IMG/VR virus record: IMGVR_UViG_2681813227_000020
Location: 1 to 3,757 of that record
Origin: a virus
Lineage: Duplodnaviria; Heunggongvirae; Uroviricota; Caudoviricetes
DNA: 3,757 nt
Reading direction: 5' to 3' (one strand)
Every line of letters starts with the position of its first letter. Position 1 is the first letter of the stretch. The position numbers and the translations under genes were made by a program. The notes beneath the pieces were generated by a model. That model ran no database searches, had not been told where the DNA came from, and saw only the letters and a program-made list of their open reading frames with translations. Below are positions 1-3,757 of the stretch, piece after piece.

Positions 1-786
1 ATGAGTACAGCACTCGCAACGCTGGCAGGGAAGCTGGCTGAACGTGTCGGCATGGATTCTGTCGCCCCACAGGAACTGATCACCACTCTTCGCCAGACGG
101 CATTTAAAGGTGATGCCAGCGATGCGCAGTTCATCGCATTGCTGATCGTCGCCAACCAGTACGGTCTTAATCCGTGGACGAAAGAAATTTACGCCTTTCC
201 TGATAAGCAGAACGGCATCGTTCCGGTGGTGGGCGTTGATGGCTGGTCCCGTATCATCAATGAAAACCAGCAGTTTGATGGCATGGACTTTGAGCAGGAC
301 AATGAATCCTGCACATGCCGGATTTACCGCAAAGACCGCAATCATCCGATCTGCGTTACCGAGTGGATGGATGAATGCCGCCGCGAACCATTCAAAACCC
401 GCGAAGGCAGAGAAATCACCGGACCGTGGCAGTCGCATCCCAAACGGATGTTACGGCATAAAGCCATGATTCAGTGTGCCCGTCTGGCCTTCGGATTTGC
501 TGGTATCTATGACAAGGATGAAGCCGAGCGCATTGTCGAAAATACCGCATACACTGCAGAACGTCAGCCGGAACGCGACATCACTCCGGTTAACGATGAA
601 ACCATGCAGGAGATTAACACTCTGCTGATTGCCCTGGACAAAACATGGGATGACGACTTATTGCCGCTCTGTTCCCAGATATTTCGCCGCGACATTCGCG
701 CATCGTCAGAACTGACACAGGCCGAAGCAGTGAAAGCTCTTGGATTCCTGAAACAGAAAGCCTCTGAACAGAAGGTGGCTGCATGA
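1..786 (+). CDS. bet: Red-beta (Bet) single-strand annealing protein, 261 aa
   Basis: ORF 1..786 translates to [21 protein letters not shown]...KASEQKVAA, which I recognise as near-identical to lambda Bet (261 aa). Stop TGA 784-786 overlaps the exo ATG at 783-785. Confidence 0.95.
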   Translation: MSTALATLAGKLAERVGMDSVAPQELITTLRQTAFKGDASDAQFIALLIVANQYGLNPWTKEIYAFPDKQNGIVPVVGVDGWSRIINENQQFDGMDFEQDNESCTCRIYRKDRNHPICVTEWMDECRREPFKTREGREITGPWQSHPKRMLRHKAMIQCARLAFGFAGIYDKDEAERIVENTAYTAERQPERDITPVNDETMQEINTLLIALDKTWDDDLLPLCSQIFRRDIRASSELTQAEAVKALGFLKQKASEQKVAA

Positions 787-1463
787 CACCGGACATTATC
801 CTGCAGCGTACCGGGATCGACGTGAGAGCTGTCGAACAGGGGGATGATGCGTGGCACAAATTACGGCTCGGCGTCATTACAGCTTCAGAAGTTCACAACG
901 TGATAGCAAAACCCCGATCCGGAAAGAAATGGCCTGACATGAAAATGTCCTACTTCCACACCCTGCTTGCTGAGGTTTGCACCGGTGTGGCTCCGGAAGT
1001 TAATGCTAAGGCGCTGGCCTGGGGAAAACAGTACGAGAACGACGCCAGAACCCTGTTTGAATTCACTTCCGGCGTGAATGTTACTGAATCCCCGATCATC
1101 TATCGCGACGAAAGTATGCGCACCGCCTGCTCTCCCGATGGTTTATGCAGTGACGGCAATGGCCTTGAGCTGAAATGCCCGTTTACCTCCCGGGATTTCA
1201 TGAAGTTCCGGCTCGGTGGTTTCGAGGCCATAAAGTCGGCTTACATGGCCCAGGTGCAGTACAACATGTGGGTGACGCGAAAAGATGCCTGGTACTTTGC
1301 CAACTATGACCCGCGTATGAAGCGTGAAGGCCTGCATTATGTCGTGGTTGAGCGGGATGAAAAGTACATGGCGAGTTTTGACGAGATGGTGCCGGAGTTC
1401 ATCGAAAAAATGGACGAGGCACTGGCTGAAATTGGTTTTGTATTTGGGGAGCAATGGCAATGA
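783..1463 (+). CDS. exo: Lambda-type 5'-3' exonuclease (Red-alpha), 226 aa
   Basis: ORF 783..1463 translates to [38 protein letters not shown]...GFVFGEQWQ, recognised as lambda exonuclease (226 aa). ATGA overlap with bet stop, the classic bet/exo junction. Confidence 0.95.
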   Translation: MTPDIILQRTGIDVRAVEQGDDAWHKLRLGVITASEVHNVIAKPRSGKKWPDMKMSYFHTLLAEVCTGVAPEVNAKALAWGKQYENDARTLFEFTSGVNVTESPIIYRDESMRTACSPDGLCSDGNGLELKCPFTSRDFMKFRLGGFEAIKSAYMAQVQYNMWVTRKDAWYFANYDPRMKREGLHYVVVERDEKYMASFDEMVPEFIEKMDEALAEIGFVFGEQWQ

Positions 1464-1642
1464 AGCATCCTCACGATAATATCCGGGTAGGCACGATCAC
1501 TTTCGTCTACTCCGTTACAAAGCGAGGCTGGGTATTTCCCGGCCTTTCTGTTATCAGAAATCCACTGAAAGCACAGCGGCTGGCTGAGGAGATAAATAAT
1601 AAACGGGGGGCTGTATGCACAAAGCATCTCCTGTTGAGTTAA
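1460..1642 (+). CDS. orf60a: Small exo-xis region protein Orf60a-like, 60 aa from ATG 1460 (62 aa if ATG 1454 is used)
   Basis: ATG at 1460 overlaps the exo stop (TGA 1461-1463) as ATGA; an in-frame ATG also exists at 1454. Protein [60 protein letters not shown]. Size and position match lambda orf60a immediately downstream of exo. Confidence 0.7.
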   Translation: MKHPHDNIRVGTITFVYSVTKRGWVFPGLSVIRNPLKAQRLAEEINNKRGAVCTKHLLLS

Positions 1643-1806
1643 GAACGAGTATCGAGATGGCACATAGCCTCGCTCAAATTGGAGTCAGGTTTGTGCCAAT
1701 ACCAGCAGAAACAGACGAAGAATTTCATACGTTAGCCACATCCCTTTCACAAAAGCTGGAAATGATGGTGACGAAAGCAGAAGCAGATGAGAGAGACCAG
1801 GTATGA
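1615..1806 (+). CDS. orf63: Small exo-xis region protein Orf63-like, 63 aa
   Basis: ORF 1615..1806, protein [64 protein letters not shown]-rich Shine-Dalgarno (GGGGGG 1603-1608) about 6 nt upstream. Overlaps the 3' end of orf60a by 28 nt in another frame, as in lambda. Size and position match lambda orf63. Confidence 0.75.
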   Translation: MHKASPVELRTSIEMAHSLAQIGVRFVPIPAETDEEFHTLATSLSQKLEMMVTKAEADERDQV

Positions 1807-1886
1807 CAACCACTGAATGCATTCTTCTGGCAGCGGGCTTCATATTCTGTGTGCTTATGCTTGCCGACATGGGACTTGTTCAATGA
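1803..1886 (+). CDS. Candidate 27-codon hydrophobic micro-ORF (MTTTECILLAAGFIFCVLMLADMGLVQ), unannotated in the ORF track
   Basis: ATG 1803-1805 overlaps the orf63 stop (TGA 1804-1806) and its own stop (TGA 1884-1886) overlaps ATG 1883 of the next gene, so it is ATGA-coupled on both sides. It encodes an uninterrupted ~15-residue hydrophobic stretch, long enough for a single membrane-spanning helix. No independent SD. Could be chance. Confidence 0.25.
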   Translation: MTTTECILLAAGFIFCVLMLADMGLVQ

Positions 1887-2098
1887 CACCTCAGCAAGAA
1901 AACGCCCTTCGCAGCATTGCCCGTCTGGCTAACTCTGAAATCAAAAAAGCCAGACAGCAGTTTCCGGATAAAAACGTCGATGACATTTGCCGTAGCGTAC
2001 TGAAGAAGCACCGCGAAACGGTAACGCTGATGGGATTCACACCGACTCATTTAAGCCTGGCAATCGGTATGTTAAACGGCGTCTTTAAGGAACGGTGA
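1883..2098 (+). CDS. orf61: Small exo-xis region protein in the orf61 position, 71 aa from ATG 1883 (93 aa if ATG 1817 is used)
   Basis: Open frame 1817..2098. The stretch from ATG 1883 (MTPQQENALRSIARLANSEIKKARQQFPDKNVDDICRSVLKKHRETVTLMGFTPTHLSLAIGMLNGVFKER) looks like a genuine small helical protein. The 22 codons from 1817 (MHSSGSGLHILCAYACRHGTCS) are Cys/His-rich, low quality, and overlap the micro-ORF frame. Gene symbol is positional (between orf63 and orf73), not sequence-verified. Confidence 0.55.
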   Translation: MTPQQENALRSIARLANSEIKKARQQFPDKNVDDICRSVLKKHRETVTLMGFTPTHLSLAIGMLNGVFKER

Positions 2099-2117
2099 AC
2101 ATGAAAAGCAAAATCAT

Positions 2118-2147
2118 CAGGGAGCTACAGGCTCCTTTTTTATTATT
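2118..2147 (+). terminator. Candidate rho-independent terminator inside the operon (hairpin GGAGC-tacag-GCTCC followed by TTTTTTATTATT)
   Basis: Stem GGAGC 2121-2125 pairs with GCTCC 2131-2135 around a 5-nt loop, extendable by A-U and G-U pairs at 2119-2120 / 2136-2137, then a T-run from 2136. Lies in the 98-nt gap between the orf61-position gene and orf73. Confidence 0.45.
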
Positions 2148-2196
2148 CGCATTCACCCTCAAGCGTATTAACCAACAATTCAGGGATTAATGAAAG

Positions 2197-2418
2197 ATGG
2201 CAGACCTCATTGATTCAGCATCAGAAATTGAAGAATTACAGCGCAACACAGCAATAAAAATGCGCCGCCTGAACCACCAGGCTATATCTGCCACTCATTG
2301 TTGTGAGTGTGGCGATCCCATAGATGAGCGAAGACGCCTGGCCGTTCAGGGTTGTCGGACTTGTGCAAGTTGCCAGGAGGATCTGGAGCTTATCAGTAAA
2401 CAGAGAGGTTCGAAGTGA
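2197..2418 (+). CDS. orf73: TraR/DksA-family C4 zinc-finger protein (lambda Orf73-like), 73 aa
   Basis: Protein MADLIDSASEIEELQRNTAIKMRRLNHQAISATHCCECGDPIDERRRLAVQGCRTCASCQEDLELISKQRGSK. Acidic N-terminal helix (D3, D6, E10, E12, E13) followed by Cx2C (C35, C38) ... Cx2C (C56, C59) with an extra Cys at 53, the hallmark architecture of TraR-like proteins. 73 aa, as lambda orf73. Stop overlaps ea22 start (GTGA at 2415-2418). Confidence 0.85.
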   Translation: MADLIDSASEIEELQRNTAIKMRRLNHQAISATHCCECGDPIDERRRLAVQGCRTCASCQEDLELISKQRGSK

Positions 2419-3053
2419 GCGAAATTAACTATCAGGAACTGCGTGAAGCGGCAGCGCAGGCAATGCATGACGACTGGGGATTTGATGTGGACCTTTTCCA
2501 TGAGATGGTAACACCATCGATTGTGCTGGCACTGCTGGATGAACGGGAAAGAAACCAGCAATACATCAAACGCCGCGACCAGGAGAACGAGGAGATTGCG
2601 CTTACGGTTGGGAAGCTGCGTGTTGAGCTTGAAGCAGCAGAGAACAACCTTATTGATAGTGAATGCCATGTTGCTGAACTGGAAGAAGCTCTACGCGATA
2701 AGCAGGCGTTACTTGAAGCCTCAGAAAAGCGCAACGCAAAATTACAAAGCGAGAATGCATACATCCGCAACCGGTACAAAGAACTGGACCTATTAATCGG
2801 GAAAAACATTCTGGTCATGCAGGCTGCCATTATCGAATGGCAGGCAACTGGCGACGCTAAGAGCGGACTAGCATGGATTTATAACACACTGTTTGGCCCT
2901 GGCGAATTACCGGACGAATCTGAGAAAGATGCTCAGGCCTACTTTAATCGCAAATATGCACCGATTGACGAAAAGCTTATGGCGCTTCACAAGTGGTTTT
3001 GGGAACAAAGTGAAGCCGAGCGCGCCGCTGGCATTCGCATCAAAGGAGAGTGA
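2415..3053 (+). CDS. ea22: Ea22-family protein, 212 aa, with a central coiled-coil segment
   Basis: GTG start at 2415 with SD AGAGAGG (2403-2409) 5 nt upstream. N-terminus MSEINYQELREAAAQAMHDDWGFDVDLFHEMVTPSIVLALLDERERNQQYIKRRDQENEEIALTVGKLRVEL and C-terminus ...AERAAGIRIKGE resemble my recollection of lambda Ea22, while the middle (heptad-like, E/A/L/K-rich: ELEAAENNLIDSECHVAELEEALRDKQALLEASEKRNAKLQSENAYIRNRYKELDLL) is different and longer (212 vs 182 aa in lambda). Confidence 0.8.
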   Translation: MSEINYQELREAAAQAMHDDWGFDVDLFHEMVTPSIVLALLDERERNQQYIKRRDQENEEIALTVGKLRVELEAAENNLIDSECHVAELEEALRDKQALLEASEKRNAKLQSENAYIRNRYKELDLLIGKNILVMQAAIIEWQATGDAKSGLAWIYNTLFGPGELPDESEKDAQAYFNRKYAPIDEKLMALHKWFWEQSEAERAAGIRIKGE

Positions 3054-3054
3054 G

Positions 3055-3258
3055 ATGAACGGACAAATCTCAATTGTTCGACCGGGAGCATGTGACGATT
3101 GCGAGATACGAATGATTATTCGTCTGGCGATGGGGAAAACAATAACTGCTCTCATTACTCCAGAAAATCTCGCATTAGCATTAACCGGAAAGTCAGACCT
3201 GCCAGTAGAGCTAAAGCTGCGAAATGTTGAGATTAAGGTGAATATCAGCAATGAATAA
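3055..3258 (+). CDS. Hypothetical small protein, 67 aa, with one CxxC pair (C13, C16)
   Basis: ATG 3055 lies 1 nt after the ea22 stop (TGA 3051-3053), with a GGAG Shine-Dalgarno (AAAGGAGAG, 3042-3050) upstream inside the ea22 3' end. Protein MNGQISIVRPGACDDCEIRMIIRLAMGKTITALITPENLALALTGKSDLPVELKLRNVEIKVNISNE. The ORF-track entry 2893..3258 is this frame extended upstream into ea22. It occupies the position where lambda carries ea8.5, but I do not recognise the sequence. Confidence 0.6.
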   Translation: MNGQISIVRPGACDDCEIRMIIRLAMGKTITALITPENLALALTGKSDLPVELKLRNVEIKVNISNE

Positions 3259-3330
3259 CAATCCTCGCATTCGCGGGGATTTCTTTTATCTGAACTCGCT
3301 ACGGCGGGTTTTGTTTTATGGAGATGATAA

Positions 3331-3498
3331 ATGCACTTCCGAGTCACAGGTGAATGGAATGGAGAACCATTCAACAGAGTTATCGAAGCCGAGAACATCA
3401 GCGACTGCTATGACCACTGGATGATATGGGCGCAGATAGCACATGCAGAAGTAACCAATATTCGAATTGAAGAACTGAAAGAACACCAAGCCGCCTGA
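3331..3498 (+). CDS. Hypothetical small protein, 55 aa, conserved-looking prophage protein of unknown function
   Basis: ATG 3331 preceded by GGAG (3320-3323) at 7-nt spacing. Protein MHFRVTGEWNGEPFNRVIEAENISDCYDHWMIWAQIAHAEVTNIRIEELKEHQAA has a globular-looking composition (aromatic core residues, charged C-terminal helix). Stop TGA 3496-3498 lies in the loop of a strong intrinsic terminator. Below the ORF-track length cutoff. Possibly related to small DUF-type proteins found next to xis in E. coli prophages, but I cannot verify this. Confidence 0.55.
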   Translation: MHFRVTGEWNGEPFNRVIEAENISDCYDHWMIWAQIAHAEVTNIRIEELKEHQAA

Positions 3499-3512
3499 TG
3501 GCGGTTTTTTTA
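3488..3512 (+). terminator. Strong rho-independent terminator (CCGCC-tgat-GGCGG followed by TTTTTTT)
   Basis: Perfect 5-bp GC stem 3491-3495 / 3500-3504 with loop TGAT, extendable by G-U and A-U pairs at 3488-3490 / 3505-3507, followed by 7 T (3505-3511). The loop contains the stop codon of the 55-aa ORF. Confidence 0.7.
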
Positions 3513-3556
3513 TTACCTGATTTGCAGGTTCGATTCCATATTCGGAGATAGCACTC

Positions 3557-3757
3557 ATGCAACACGAACTACAACCTGATTCACTGGTTGATTTGAAATT
3601 CATCATGGCTGATACTGGCTTTGGTAAAACCTTCATCTATGACCGGATTAAGTCCGGCGACCTGCCAAAAGCCAAAGTTATCCACGGGCGAGCAAGATGG
3701 TTATATCGTGACCATTGTGAGTTCAAAAATAAACTCTTAAGCCGCGCCAATGGGTAA
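3557..3757 (+). CDS. xis: Excisionase / AlpA-family helix-turn-helix DNA-binding protein, 66 aa
   Basis: ATG 3557 with GGAGA (3544-3548) 8 nt upstream. Protein MQHELQPDSLVDLKFIMADTGFGKTFIYDRIKSGDLPKAKVIHGRARWLYRDHCEFKNKLLSRANG. The motif around FIMADTGFGKTFIYDRIKSGDLPKAKVIHGRARW is typical of AlpA/Xis-type HTH proteins of E. coli prophages and is not lambda Xis. The position at the end of the left operon fits an excisionase followed by an integrase outside the window. Confidence 0.8.
   Translation: MQHELQPDSLVDLKFIMADTGFGKTFIYDRIKSGDLPKAKVIHGRARWLYRDHCEFKNKLLSRANG

Larger units (their letters stand above)
1..3757 (+). mobile_element. Segment of a lambdoid phage/prophage early-left operon (Red recombination module through excisionase); integrase and attachment site expected beyond the 3' end
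   Basis: Gene content and order bet-exo-orf60a-orf63-orf61-orf73-ea22-...-xis, all co-directional with overlapping stop/start codons, matches the lambda pL operon layout. Proteins recognised by eye; no search run. Confidence 0.85.

Noticed and set aside
236-469. 77-aa + strand ORF nested inside bet in another frame
   Set aside because: Entirely contained within the confidently identified bet gene. Composition ([22 protein letters not shown]...) is typical of an off-frame artifact, with no SD.
519-531. 13-nt exact repeat TGAAGCCGAGCGC at 519-531 (in bet) and 3011-3023 (in ea22)
   Set aside because: Both copies encode E-A-E-R in frame within unrelated proteins. A single 13-mer coincidence in a ~3.8 kb window has roughly a 1 in 10 chance expectation. 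No flanking repeat structure.
564-877. Two minus-strand ORFs (97 and 87 aa) antisense to bet/exo
   Set aside because: Antisense to strongly supported genes. Products are Ser/Cys/Arg-rich and not protein-like, with no RBS.
1143-1663. Minus-strand ORFs (105 and 108 aa) antisense to exo/orf60a
   Set aside because: Antisense artifacts within the exo coding region; no independent support.
1685-1870. 61-aa minus-strand ORF antisense to orf63
   Set aside because: Overlaps orf63 and the micro-ORF on the opposite strand. No start context, and the orientation is inconsistent with the unidirectional operon.
2101-2190. 29-codon ORF as an independent protein-coding gene
   Set aside because: It contains the terminator hairpin and T-run within its coding sequence and has no SD. 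Retained only as a possible leader peptide in the findings, not as a gene.
2521-2796. 91-aa + strand ORF nested within ea22 in another frame
   Set aside because: Internal to ea22, Arg/Thr-rich, no SD; off-frame artifact.
2346-2830. Minus-strand ORFs (107 and 132 aa, serine-rich) antisense to ea22
   Set aside because: Serine/alanine-rich low complexity is the mirror image of GAA/GCA-rich coiled-coil codons in ea22; a classic antisense artifact.
2907-3398. 163-aa minus-strand ORF spanning the ea22 3' end, the 67-aa gene and the intergenic region
   Set aside because: Runs antisense across two + strand genes and the structured intergenic region. Low-complexity product. All other evidence indicates + strand transcription.
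3316-3636. 106-aa minus-strand ORF spanning the strong terminator and xis start
   Set aside because: Reads through the terminator hairpin and A-run on the opposite strand and is antisense to two well-supported genes; not credible.
1-3757. Search for CRISPR repeats, tRNA/rRNA, IS inverted repeats and Chi (GCTGGTGG) sites
   Set aside because: None found by eye on either strand. The window is densely coding phage early-operon sequence.

Overview
All real coding in this window is on the + strand and forms one polycistronic block from the early-left (pL-type) operon of a lambdoid phage or prophage. The window starts at the bet start codon and ends at the stop codon of an excisionase gene. It contains the Red recombination pair bet-exo, both recognised by eye as essentially phage lambda Bet and lambda exonuclease. 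These are followed by the 'exo-xis' accessory block of small genes: orf60a, orf63, an orf61-position gene, the TraR/DksA-type zinc-finger gene orf73, and a 212-aa Ea22-family coiled-coil gene. Two orphan small ORFs (67 and 55 aa), at least two intrinsic terminators, and an AlpA/HTH-type xis complete the window. Almost every gene junction is a stop/start overlap (ATGA or GTGA), indicating translational coupling. I see no rRNA, tRNA, CRISPR array, IS element or Chi site. I do not see an obvious multi-gene defence system. The best candidates for undescribed function are a 27-codon hydrophobic micro-ORF nested between orf63 and the orf61-position gene (ATGA overlaps at both ends), the 67-aa CxxC protein after ea22, and the 55-aa protein whose stop codon sits in a terminator loop. 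All homology statements are from memory of the protein families, not from a database search.
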